A DNA stretch of 64,000 bases from positions 3,540,684-3,604,683 of the forward strand of contig CAJFCJ010000019.1 of assembly GCA_904063045.1 (NCBI GenBank), written 5' to 3'. This document shows positions 1 to 12,200 of this stretch, piece after piece; within the stretch, counting starts at the first letter, position 1, and each line of letters begins with the position of its first letter. The DNA is from Dimorphilus gyrociliatus. Its lineage: Eukaryota > Animalia > Annelida. The notes below the pieces were generated by a model. That model made no database searches. It had not been told where the DNA came from and saw only the letters and a program-made list of their open reading frames with translations. Both the position numbers and the translations under genes were made by a program.

Positions 1-102
1 CTTTGGTGCATGTTAAACGGGAATATCTTAAAAGTTAAAAGACTAATGCTTCCTGCTTATTAGCTGAATTTATTAGTGCGTTTTTTTTTCAACCTGCATA
101 TA

Positions 103-1921
103 TTAAAATTCGATAACATTTGCTTCGATTCCTTCTGCCTTTAACATTTCTAGCATTTTGTCATAAATTTCTTTGGACATTGGCAGATGTAACCCAGATT
201 TGAACGAATATTCGTTCTCTAGTAAAATTCTAGCTCCAATCGCCAAAGTGCCGCCAGTTGTTTTTGCCATGGCACTCATTTCCGGTTTACCGTTAAGTTT
301 AAGTTCAATATTTACTGTTTTTTTAGAACCATCCTCTTTTAAACCAGTCAATTCAATTCTCATAAGCATTAAATCAAATTCGCCTTTACCTGAAAATCAG
401 TTAAAGTTTCTTTTTTTCAATGTTATAATTATAGAAAGTTCCTTTTACCAAAAGAGCAATTTTTATTCAACTGCTCAGCTAATGCTGACAATAGAGTCCC
501 ATTTTTTATTACATTACGTTCAGTATTCAATAAGCCTAACCTGAAATAAATCTTTATAAAAAAGTAAGAAATTTCTTTCAAAGGACATACTTTTCTAGAT
601 TTTCGATTTGAATGTTAGAAAGTTGTAATTTATCAATCAAGCTTCTCTTCACTTGAGTCAAGTCTCCTTCACATGACAAAATTTTCGACCATATCTCTAT
701 CTTTTAAATTTAATAACAAAAGTTATCGCGTAGAACATTATCATTATTACATATTTAAACGATTTATTACCCAACTGATAGGCGAGGTATCTCTATCCAA
801 ATAATCAAGTTTTTCTGTAGATAACAATCCCAAATCATACAGACATTTTGCAACGTCCATATATCCCTTTTGATTAAATAAATATTCATTAATATTCGTT
901 TTAAGCAATGAATTTGTGAAAATAAATAACTTACTTTGTAGCGTAGACTTCCTCTAAAACACGTATGGGCTTCTTCAATGTCATATAATTTGAGATATTT
1001 GATAGAATCATAGTTTGGATAACCTTCTAATGGATATTCTTGAAAAAATGGAAAACTTCTTTCTAAACCTTTAAATGTTCCACCTTTACCAAGGTTTACA
1101 ATCTTTCAAAAACGAAATTTTAAATATGAAATTGTTTACAAAAATACATTTCAATTTAATTTCAATTACCTCTCCATTTCGTTTAAACATTGGTTCTCTA
1201 ACGAGAGCTTGTAGAACTCCTTCCGGAGACCAACTTATTTTATACTTTAATGGATTGTCAGCAAATTCAAGAGCGGGGAGACCTCCAACCCACGCTATAT
1301 AGGACTCAATGCGATATCCATTTTTTCTTAATTTTTCTATGCCACTACAAGTTAAGGCATGATCTATTCCAGGACAAACACCAAGTTCCATGATAACAAC
1401 AATTCCCGCGTCAATTATTGCTTGTTCGTAAGATTTTATTACATCAGAACAATAGGATGGTAAGACTAAATTCTTACGGCTTTCCAGGCATAGTTCTAAT
1501 AATTTATGATTTAAATTTACCGGAACGCATCTACATTGAAAATGTTCTTAAGTAATAGATGTTAAATCAAAGCTAATTAATTTACCCAACAATCAAGTCA
1601 TTTGCTTTAAGCAAATCCATAGCTAATTCCCTTTGATCTAGACTCATAAGAACGCATTTAAAATTGCCATTCTGCAATTTGTTTTTGAGTGCGTCTAATT
1701 CACTTTGTAATGGAGAAGCTAAGTAGAAGAATAGAATATTCGCATTTGAGTATATGAAATAATCAAGGATAAATGATGTTATTTAATTCAAGTAGTAGAA
1801 ATAGCTACTTACCTACTGTTACTGTGAGTTTAGGGCATTTTAAGAAATAATCTATAATTGCAATTGACACTCGTCCTGCCCCTACAACTAAGATACTCTT
1901 ATTTTCGGTGATATTCCACAT
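103..1921 (-). CDS. Stand-alone saccharopine dehydrogenase (SDH/saccharopine reductase-like, Lys9/AASS C-terminal domain family); multi-exon
   Basis: ATG at 1921 opens MWNITENKSILVVGAGRVS (Rossmann GxGxxS). Spliced exons give ELGVCPGIDH, GGLPALEFADNPLKYKISWSP, EGYPNYDS, RGSLRYK and SAMAKTTG, ending at TAA 103-105. These match the SDH domain of AASS. No LKR domain fits upstream because AK8 starts 333 bp away. Confidence 0.9.
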
Positions 1922-2254
1922 TTTGTAGAGTTCTAACTCATTGTGAAGCAATTTAAAAAGCATAAAGTAATACAGAGGGCGACACTGATTCGAAAGTACT
2001 TTAAACAGCTTTGATCGCCTTTCATAGAATTATCTTGTAGTTTAGGAATAATTAAATGAATTAATGACAAGCTATATCTTCTTGATGCCTTCCTTTTATG
2101 AGGGATATGTGATTTCTAAGTGACCAATCAGTTTTGGTTTAACAAAACCGCTAAGCCAATTATCAATGAGATTATACAATCATTTGCATGGCTTCTTAGC
2201 AACTGACAATAATTTTGGGTTATAGTAAATTTTCGTCTTAAAATCTTCAAGTAA
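1922..2254. promoter_or_regulatory. Bidirectional promoter region between SDH-like and AK8, with CCAAT boxes, an RFX X-box-like site (ggcttcttagcaac, 2190-2203) and a CTCF-like core (cagagggcga, 1973-1982)
   Basis: Divergent ATGs are 333 bp apart. The TAGCAAC half-site lies ~50 bp upstream of AK8, a known ciliary gene, and RFX regulation of ciliary genes is established. Confidence 0.55.
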
Positions 2255-3763
2255 ATGGATCAAACTAAACGACCTCTCAGAATTCCGCCGGAATTTAGTT
2301 CTTATGCCGAACAACATGGAATATTTGACATTTATAAAGTTAGATTTCTAATATTATCCCTTAATCTATTTAAAATATATTTTTTATTTTACCAGAGGCT
2401 CTTAGAACAATTGGTAATCCAGAAACCTAATGATCCAATTCAATTTATGATCGATGAATTGAAGAAAGACAATGCAGATATACCTCAAATTGTTATACTT
2501 GGTCCACCGGCATCCGGCAAAACAACAATTGCTAAGATGCTTAGTAAAAAATTGCACTGTGCCTGTATTAATATGGATAGTCTGGTATCAGATTCAGAAC
2601 AAAGCTTTCAGGATCAGGTAGCAGAATTGCGATCAACGGGAGAGATCATACCCGCAGAATTATGGACACAAATGTTGAAAGAAAGAGTGAAATTGTATGA
2701 CTGTATGAAAAAAGGATTCGTTCTTGAAGGTTTTCCACAGACAAGAGAGCAAACATTACTAATCCAAGATGCTGGCATTATTCCTAAGCACTGCATTATT
2801 CTTGAGGCACCAGATACAGTTCTTATAGAACGTGTTAATGGCAAAAGAATAGATCCAAAAACAGGAGACGTCTATCATACAACATTCGACTGGCCATCTA
2901 ATTCTGACATTATAAGCCGATTACAAAAACCACCGAATTACGAGGAGGATGATATTATAGAGGAACTAATTGTCTATCACAGACATATTAGTGGTATAAC
3001 ATCATGTCTTTCACCATCGATAAAAACTGTTAATGCAGATCAACCAAAAGCTGATGTTTTTAGCCAAATAATGAATTTCCTAACTTGGCTTCCACGAACA
3101 GCTGCTCCTCACACACCTAAAATTGTTTTGTTAGGTCCTACAGGTTCTGGTAAAGCTGTTCAAGCTGCTCTTCTGGCTAGCAAATATAAAATTGTTAACG
3201 TCTCTACTGGCTCCTTAATCAAGCAAGCAATAGCAGAAGGAAATAAGACTGGAAATGCTTGTCGACCATACGTTGAGAAAGATATGCTTGTTCCCGATGC
3301 CATAGTACTTAAACTGTTGCAAGAGCGTCTTACTCAAATTGATTGTATGACAAGAGGCTTTGTTTTACACGGCTATCCGCGTTCCAGAAGCCAAGCAGCT
3401 CAGATGGATGATGCAGGCTTAACTCCGAATAGAGTTTTTATGCTGGACATCCCTAACGACTCAGTATTAGAACGCTTAACACTCCGTGCTTTAGATCCTA
3501 TCACAGGCGAACGATACCATGCTCTCTATAATCCGCCAAGAACCCAAACTGTAAAAGATCGCTTACAAACACATCCTCGTGATCGTGAAAACGAAGTAAG
3601 AGCTCGGTTAAGCCAATGGCAAGCGTACGTTGATGAATTAAATGAATACTACGAAGAATATATTCAACGTATAAATGCTGATCAAGATCCTCAAACGGTT
3701 TTTGAGTGTATAGAAAGTATGTCTGTTAAACCTTTGCCTAGGAAGTTGATTGAGGAGAATTAA
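2255..3763 (+). CDS. AK8: Adenylate kinase 8 (N-terminal docking segment plus two tandem AK domains); one 57-nt intron at 2339-2395
   Basis: MDQTKRPLRIPPEFSSYAEQHGIFDIYK|RLLEQLVIQKP start; two P-loops (GPPASGKTT and GPTGSGKAV); two LID motifs (RIDPKTG and RALDPITGERYH). Confidence 0.93.
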   Translation: MDQTKRPLRIPPEFSSYAEQHGIFDIYKVRFLILSLNLFKIYFLFYQRLLEQLVIQKPNDPIQFMIDELKKDNADIPQIVILGPPASGKTTIAKMLSKKLHCACINMDSLVSDSEQSFQDQVAELRSTGEIIPAELWTQMLKERVKLYDCMKKGFVLEGFPQTREQTLLIQDAGIIPKHCIILEAPDTVLIERVNGKRIDPKTGDVYHTTFDWPSNSDIISRLQKPPNYEEDDIIEELIVYHRHISGITSCLSPSIKTVNADQPKADVFSQIMNFLTWLPRTAAPHTPKIVLLGPTGSGKAVQAALLASKYKIVNVSTGSLIKQAIAEGNKTGNACRPYVEKDMLVPDAIVLKLLQERLTQIDCMTRGFVLHGYPRSRSQAAQMDDAGLTPNRVFMLDIPNDSVLERLTLRALDPITGERYHALYNPPRTQTVKDRLQTHPRDRENEVRARLSQWQAYVDELNEYYEEYIQRINADQDPQTVFECIESMSVKPLPRKLIEEN

Positions 3764-3813
3764 ACTTTTTAAGTAATTTAATCAATAACGCACACATAAA
3801 ATATAACAAATTT

Positions 3814-6800
3814 TTATCTTTTTGTCAATAAATCATTAATATCGTCTACTGAATTTTCAAAAAATTGAGAGTCAGACAGTTCATTACTTTCTTCTTCACA
3901 CTCTTTATGGCTTGTTGATTCAGGTTCATCGTTTTCCCCCAAATTTGCTATGATATATGCGAAGGCATTTTCAAAATTATCATCATTCGACGTTTCTAAG
4001 GCCCCTTCTAAATAATTCTGAAAACTCTGATCATGAATAGCGTTGTTCGTTTCATAAAACTCTTCTGATAAATCTAGTTCTCTTGTTTCATCGCTATGAT
4101 CTGGAATAGGGCTACATATCGGGACTTCTTGGAACAAATTATCATCAGTGCCAATTCCTGACTCTTCCGTAAGAGGCTTTTCGCTGCCTAAAATATCATC
4201 ATTACATTCTAAAACAGGAACTTCTTGTAAATGAATGCAATTATCGTCAAAATCACTTTCTCTTTCGAGTAAGTCTTCAGTCTGAATATTTTTCTTCGAA
4301 ACTCTCAGCTCATCGTCGACTTGACTTCCTGGAGGGGAATCAACAAAAATATCATCCAACTTTGACGAATTAATTGTTTCATTTGGCTCCAAATCAAAAT
4401 CATTTGAGTCAATGAAAACATTGTTCACAGATAGACTTTTATCAATAACAAAGCAGTCGTCTGAGGTCTCATCAATAATTTCTTGTTTAATGTCGGTTGA
4501 CTGGCCACTGTCTATGAATATCTCTTCATTTGAGTCCTTATCAGCTGAGGGTAACACTTGTACGCTTCTATCTAATCCTAAGAAGTGTATAGCTTCGTCG
4601 TCACTCTCTTCATTTGATATTGCAGAAGATCTGGTCGATACGCTCTTCCGACGTTTTTTTACTGCTGAAATTTCTTTTGGAAATTTCCTTTTCCTTTTTT
4701 TTTTATTGCTTGTAGTCTATAAATAATCAAAATGTAATTTATCACAAGCTAGCATTCACCTTATTTTACATTACTTCTTGAATTCTTTCGGCAGCTGATA
4801 TGCAATATCGTAGTTTGTCACAAATACTATGGCCTGGTGCGTCCTAACAGAATAATGTATATAGAAATATATACTGAAACAAAAAACAAACAACCTTCAT
4901 ACTGTCTAAACAGCTTCTCTTATATTTAGAAAGTTCTATAGATTCTGCCATCATCTTCGCACAATGATTTATTAGTTCATTCTTTTCTTGATCTTCAAAA
5001 GGATCGTCATCCGGCTGGTTTTAAAAAACACCTAAAGATTCTATTGAAAATAGGCTAAAACTTACGTATATAATTATTCCTCTGACAATTTTTGCCAGTA
5101 GTTCGTTAATTTTTCTTTGAAATAGGTGTATAATATTCAAAAAATTTTCATTTAAAATTCTTGTGGCCTCTAAAAAAGTAAATAATTTTTGTATCACTTC
5201 CTCAATTAAGTATTTGTACCGTAAATTTCATAATCTCTTTGAAATTGATGTGCTTTTAATAAAGGCAGCATTACCAACACAACTTGCAATGCATAGTTTT
5301 CTTCTTCAGCACTTTCCTCTTGATATAAGGTTTCATTACGAAACAATGCTTCGAATGAGTAATGAATTGCTGTTGCTATTAAAGAATTTTCTTACGGTTT
5401 TTTAAAATATTTTTATTATAAAGGTTACTTGGTGTATCTTCTAAAACATTTCCTAAACTGATTGGACCAATGCTTAAACATTTTAAGATTGGGGCATTTG
5501 CTGTACTTGCGGCATAAGGTACGTAGCAGTTTCCTAGTAGAAATGTAAATTGTACCTTCTTGCAATTGTAAATTGGTAAGGGAAGAGGAGGCTCGGATTG
5601 TACTGGAGAAATATAAATCTGAAGCTTGAGAGAGTCAACATTTTTGAATGAGCTAGCACTTGAATGAAAAATTATTAAGGTATGATTGGGACTGTGATAA
5701 ACGCATTTACTTATTAAGTTCGCTGAACATTTCTTCAATTTTAGGCGACTTTAAGCGAACTTTATCGCCAATGAAATTCAGGGCTGATCTGTTATCAAAA
5801 TTAGTTTTAGAGGTTACTTTAGTTATCTAGAAATTGTTTACTCGTTTAAGGCATTGGGAAAATCTCTGAAACGAGATATTGCAGCTTTTAGATAGCAAGC
5901 AGAAGACTTCATAGCTTTACTCCTGATGTAGGTAAAGATACTATAATAAAATGAGTACATAGTCGTAGAATTGAAATATACCTACTTAAAGTGATAAGTT
6001 TCATGATTATGTAAATTAATCCGATAAGTTATCTGCAACAGAAATTGAAAGCAAAGTTTTTTTAACTAGTAATATTTTATATGTTTACGTTGTGTCCGAA
6101 GATTAGGGAGGCATTAAAAAATTTTCGGAGATCGTCACTCAATATATGAGGCTTTATGTCATCCATAGTCAACTGAAAAATAAATATGAAATGTAATACA
6201 GCACTGTTATTCGAATACAAGCTAACCTTTAATATAACTTTGAATGTTAAGTAGTGATTCATTATGTTACGAATGCTACTGTGCTGCTTTGTTTCTATTC
6301 GAATGTCTTTATTCTCAAATGCTGTCACTTTACCCGTTTCAATGATTTTTTGAAAATTAGACCATTCTAAATCAATCCCTTTTTTTTCCAAGCTTTTAGA
6401 GGCCCTAAATAGTTTTAGGAGAGGATCTCTTAAAACTTAAAATCAATATTCAAAATACTAATGTGATTTCAGAAAGGTAAATCATTGTAATTTAATACAT
6501 ACAATTCCCAAAATCTTCCAAAGGAAATTTTCTAACGTTTTCCAAAGAGACTAAACTCAAAAACTGTTATTGTCATATCTTAACTTATTTTGTGGAAACT
6601 TACGAATTATATCATATTTATATTTCAGTTTTGGGTTCCTATTTTCCACAATTTCAACCACAATATCATTGGAATTAGAAAGATTATTCAAATCATTACT
6701 TTTCTTGAGTACAATAAAATATTGTATTATCTATTGATGTTCGTTGACTAAAATATAAAAGTTTTAAGTTCAAATTTTCGAAGAGAACATACCGAGAGAA

Positions 6801-6822
6801 CTTCGTCGTTTATTGGCGGCAT
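3814..6822 (-). CDS. Multi-exon (about 12 exons) uncharacterised protein with a basic NLS and long acidic C-terminal tail; weak resemblance to meiotic TOPOVIB-like (TOP6BL/MTOPVIB)
   Basis: A largely phase-consistent exon chain runs from MPPINDEVLS (ATG 6822) through ...NYALQVVLVMLPL... and ...HCAKMMAESIELSKYKRSCLDSMK|DAPGHSICDKLRYCI... to KKKRKRKF...KKRRKS and a D/E-rich exon ending at 3814. One junction near 5650-5770 is uncertain. The family assignment is by eye only. Confidence 0.6.
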
Positions 6823-7001
6823 ACTATCTATAGAAATTGGTTAAAAGTATTTGATAATACGTGGAGGTTCGGATACCTTGAAGATATTCTGGATATGGAC
6901 TGTTGGGTATCCTGTTCCTACTTAATATGAATAATTTCGTTGTTGGCACGAACTGCAACCATACTAATTATCGCGCAATGTTATGTTCTTATTTATACGT
7001 A

Positions 7002-9062
7002 ATGGAACATTCGCAAAGAACGTTTCGCAACACCCTCTATTTGTAACAAAAGTTGACTTATTATTTGCATTGGCTTAGAAATAACGCTATAAATATGATG
7101 AATAATTCTCGTATATGCTTTAATATACCATTTAGGAGCCAACTGAAAGGGTATATTGTTGAAGTGCAAGAGTTAAGATATTCTGATGAAGCATCCCAAG
7201 GAAAATGTTCCAAACCGAGTGTTATAAAGTGCAGGTGACTACCATTAGCTAGTTTTCACATTATAGAATTTTGTTTGTCTAATCTTTAAGGAAGTTATTG
7301 CTGGAGAATAACAACGTCTTAGGTTATCCAAATGGTACCGACACATTTACAATCATATTCACGGTATATGTTTTTTAAAACAAAAATGCATTCTCAAAAT
7401 TTCAAATGATCCAATATGAAATATCAGAAAAGCTACTATGACTCGGGAGAGTTAGTCGATGACATGGAAGAACGTAGGCTCAAGTTAGTTTCTTATGTGA
7501 ATGTGGATTTAGACATGATACAGAAAGCCATTAGTTACACTGTGAAAACTCGCATGTCTGCTCAGTGGCCTTCAGTTTCTGAATATTTAATAAATGGTCT
7601 GTCTTAAGAAAGTCTCATCGTTCACTAATAGTAAATTTTTCAGATTCTACATTTTCAATTAAGTCAGATTTTAAACCAGGAGTCGGTGAGTCGGTCCTAA
7701 AAACTTTCTCATACACAAAGGCTTATAATCTTTATTTTCAAAGAACTAAAACTTACAGTTGTTGATGGTAGAATATTGATACATATCATAGGCTTGAATA
7801 TTCAGTTGAAACCGTTGAAAGTATGTTAACTCGATAACGCTAAGTTTAATTATGTGAGTTGTTAAATCTTACACTAACTGCCAGATGGACAAAATTGGAG
7901 TATCAAACGAAGAATTATCGAATTTTCAATGTGAAAAAGTATCATCCTTAACTCTTCAGCGTGCGCCTGAAATATATGTTTTACCTAAGTAAGCTATAGT
8001 TTTTAGTTATTTTTTCTTTATGCAACTATTTCAGATGTACCCAAGCCGCTCTGTTATCAATACATAAATCCCTTCGTCACTGTCACACATTTAAAAATTA
8101 CCAACAAATTAAAAACTATTGGAAAAATACGGTTATTTATTTTTCTACTGTTATTTAAATTTAAAAGTGAAATTCTACAGTATGGATATGAGCTACAAGT
8201 ACCGGAAGAAAAAGCTTTGTTTTGTGAAGCAAGATTTGCAAATTCAAACAAATACATTTATCCTATGGAGTTTATCAAAGTAGCTAAGCCGGTAGTAACT
8301 CATGTGGACGATTCAAGAAAGATTTGTAGAGGCTTTTCTGAAGACTTTGCAAAAGCTTTTCCAACAGTTCTTGGAATCGATATAAAGGCAGAAAAATCTC
8401 TATCAAACCCACTAAAACGGCAGGCGACATCAGACTTCCAAGAATGTTCAAAAATTAATCGTGTAAGTGAACCAAAACATTCAAAGCAAGCTAAATGCAG
8501 ACAGGCAAGAATTGATGATTTTCTAAAACCTGCCCGAAAACGAGCCATGAATGGTAAAGTACGTATCCTTTTCGCTTTTTTTATACAAAGCGAAAACTAT
8601 TTTAATAATTAGCAACTAGTTATGAGAAGTTAATTTTTAGGCAGACTGTTTTATTGATAATAATCCTATGATTGTTGGTAGTACGAGCAATAACTCAGAC
8701 ACAACGTATCAAAATGCAGCTAAGAAATTTCTTACAAAGTCTATTTTAAAAAATTCGCAAACTGTACAAAATATTTCACCTAAAATTATAGCAATAAGGT
8801 CAAAGCTATTACATGAACCAACTTCACCCTCGACAGTCAATCCTGAGAGTGCTGCACCATTTATGAATAATATAATTACAGGACAAGGGAATGACTTTCG
8901 GAGTAGACTTTTTAAAACAAGAGAAATTAACAGCGAACTGAACAAAGAAGAGGCCAAGCCATATCCAAACGCAAATGGAATATTTCGAAATCTAAGAAGA
9001 AACGTTTGTAATTATTTTATGCAATCTATTGAAATATAATGCTATTTTTTTTAACAGTCTAA
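7002..9062 (+). CDS. C18orf63: C18orf63-like (DUF4708) protein; multi-exon; PIP-box-like motif QARIDDFL in the C-terminal region
   Basis: Phase-consistent exons join the small ORFs at 7053, 7416, 8217 and 8668 into one gene. IQKAISYTVKTRMSAQW, IYVLPK and FKNYQQIKNYWKNTYGYEL...YIYPMEFI resemble the C18orf63 N-terminal domain as I recall it. The stop is at 9037-9039, or at 9060-9062 after a 50-nt intron. Confidence 0.65.
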
Positions 9063-9273
9063 TTTTGTTCGTCTAAAATTTTTTCAAGATACATAGTTGC
9101 TGTTTGGAATTTGAAGGAAGCAAGAGAGGCATTTAGATTTAGAAAAATAGTTTTAGTTGTTACTTTTGTGCTTAGAATAATGGTAATACAGATTTTTCGA
9201 TGTTTGGTTAGTAATTTCTATTAGAAAGACTCGTGCTTTTGTTACAAAACTATTATTTATTTTTTTACTTATA

Positions 9274-12200
9274 TCAAACGTCCTCTTCAAAATAAGCACA
9301 CTGCTTTGGGCTATAAACTTCATTTGAATCTGCTAGCTTTCTTTTGATATTTATACATTCCAACAATGAACACTCGTCTTGCCATTCTTCTATAGCTTTC
9401 CAGATACCGTTCAGTCTATCTTCAAAATCCACCCGCTGCATGTTGGCATTTTTACAGTTATAATTTCTCTTAATAACGAAATCAAATGAAAATATCACAA
9501 AACGTAAACTACCAAGAACCCGTTTTATACATTAAAAGAATAAATAATACTCGGCCACATAAGCTGTGACATAGCTGTATTTTGTGTAATAAATCATCAA
9601 CCAAACAAACAGAACTAGAAGAAACAACATGCTTTGTCCGCAGAGAGATAGAACAAATGAACACATTTCTATCAAATTCATAACGAAAGCTTATCATGCA
9701 AAGCTAGAAAATATTCTCCTTTATGATAATAATAAATTAATAATACTTATGAAAGATCTAACAAGAGAGAATAAAATAGTTGTCTGAGACCAAAAAACGC
9801 CCTATTTTGGGCCAAGAAAAAATTGAATTTATTGGTGATCACAAACCTTACTATTTAGATTTTTTATTATTTCTGCCTGCTGTTCAACTATAGCTTTGTA
9901 CTGAAAGTAAACGAATTTATAAAACAAAAAGAAATTAAAAAATAGGAAATTAGAGCTCACGTGTGTTATTTCTTCGAGTAATTTTGCTTTCTCTCCTTCT
10001 AATTTCTCATTCTCTTCTTCAAGTCGTTTAATTTTGCTTTCAACATTCTCCTCTTTTTCAACTATTGCTTCAACGACTTCTCCATTTTCTTCCTTGACCT
10101 CAAACTGAACATTGGCTTGATTGAATGGAATGAAGTCTGCATTTTCAAGTTCATCTCTTAGCCAGGTTCTAATTGAATCTTCGGCTGTCTGTAAAATATG
10201 GACTTGAATTGAATATTTCACAATTTTCTAAATATATGAAATTACATTTTGACTATCATTGACAGACTCGCCTGGAAATTCACTTGACAATTCAGTGTCA
10301 TAGCTCATTTGCGAGTCATATTTGCCTGTTGAGAATACAAGTATATTTTAGAAATTATAACTTATAGAATGCAAGTAATTGTTTACTTTTGATGGAATTA
10401 TTGGAAGATTGAATTGTTTTCTGAGCGAGAACTTTCTCTGCCACTAAAATTGTATGCCAATTGCAACTTGTCAAGTCTGAAACTGCATGTAATGACCCAA
10501 AAATTGGTCTGGGAAGTGATATACATTCGTTATTGGGTCCACGACCGACTTCAACATTCGTCCCCAATCGACCGTTTTCTCCATAACCACATCCATAAAT
10601 TTGGTTTTCAGCTGTTGCAATGACAGTGAATCTATCACCGCATGAAACTTTGGTCACTCTTTTTCCCGATAGTGGGCCATGAACAACTGTTACTCCCTTT
10701 CTTTTTTTAAAATCTCCGACACCGAGTTGACCATATTTATTACTACCGAAAGTAATTAGACGGCCATATACGTCCACAACTCCTGAATGAGTTTTTCCAG
10801 ACGAAACGCTAACAATATGATATCTTGTTAAAGGCTTAATAGTAAAGAAAGTAAGTTTGCATGGTGGATCGTAGCTAACCAGTTGCTTGGATACAAGGCC
10901 TGATGTTGAACAGTTAAAACCAAGCTTATTGTGTTCATTATTTCCTGTCGCTAAAACTCTACCATTATTCTCTACCAAGAATGTGCAATCAATACCACAT
11001 TGAACTAATCGAAATTCCCCTGTAACTTCGACTTTTTGTGGTAGAAAATAATCATCCTCGTTCCCAAGACCCAGTCTACCGAACTCCCCACACCCCCACG
11101 AATAAACTTGATTATCTTCCATCAAAGCGACGACATGACTTTCTCCACATGAGACTTGACTTACTTGAAACTGTGCCAAAGCAGTAATAGGCGTAAATTC
11201 ATATGCTTCGTCTACGTTCTCATCTAACCCCAGACAACCATAGTAATTTGAACCACTTGCATAAACTTGGCCATCATCCGTGCAGCAAACTGTAAATTGT
11301 TCACCGCATGATGCCTGTTTTACGTGAATTCCTTCAAAACTTTCTACTTTTTTCGGTCCCTTATAAGCGGCAGTGTCTTTATGGCCAAGCTCCCCACTTA
11401 TTGTTGATTTTTGAGCACTACACCAAGTATATAGCTCTTTGTCAACGGTTACTACAGCAAAATGATTGACACCACATGATACTTGAACTGCAGTCTTTTT
11501 ACTAAAAATATCTAATTTTTTTGGCGTATAGCGCCCCGATCCCCAAATGTAAACATCACTGGTAGTGGAGCATACAACAGGGACCACGCCAGTTTCCCTT
11601 ATTCTACTTCTATTAGAATTTAATTCTGTAATTTTTGTTTCCATTTTCTCACTGATTGAGCAGATAATAGAAAACTTCATAACTTCTGTGCTATTTGGCC
11701 TTTTTGCCGGATCTTTCTCTAGCATCTCGTACAGTAGCTGTTCCAGATTAGATGAATATTTTTGATCAATTTTATCGAAATCTCCATGAACGATATTATT
11801 TGCTAATCTTAGAGCGTTCGTTGCATCAAATACTTTTTTCAACGAAATTAACTCGTAAAGAACACAACCCATTGCCCAAACATCACTCTTAAAACTATAC
11901 GGGTCTCCCCTTATTAATTCTTTAGAAATGCAAAAAGGGTATTAAATTAGCATATATCGACAATCAATTTGAATTAAGTAATTAACATAGAATAATAATA
12001 GGGTACCTGGACTCATATAGTAAGGTGTACCAATATATGTATTTGCCACTGCTTTAGTGTTTTCTAACATTTTTGAAATACCAAAATCTCCACATTTGAC
12101 TAGACCAGTTCTTGTTACGAATAAATTAAGTGTTTTTATGTCTCTGTTGAATAAGCAGATAATTGATTAAATGATTTGTATGTATTTTTAATAATTTTTA

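Noticed and set aside
8563-8644. Second possible U12 donor (GTATCCTTTT) in the C18orf63-like gene
   Set aside because: No good CCTTAAC branch site, and ordinary U2 donors a few bases upstream also restore the frame.
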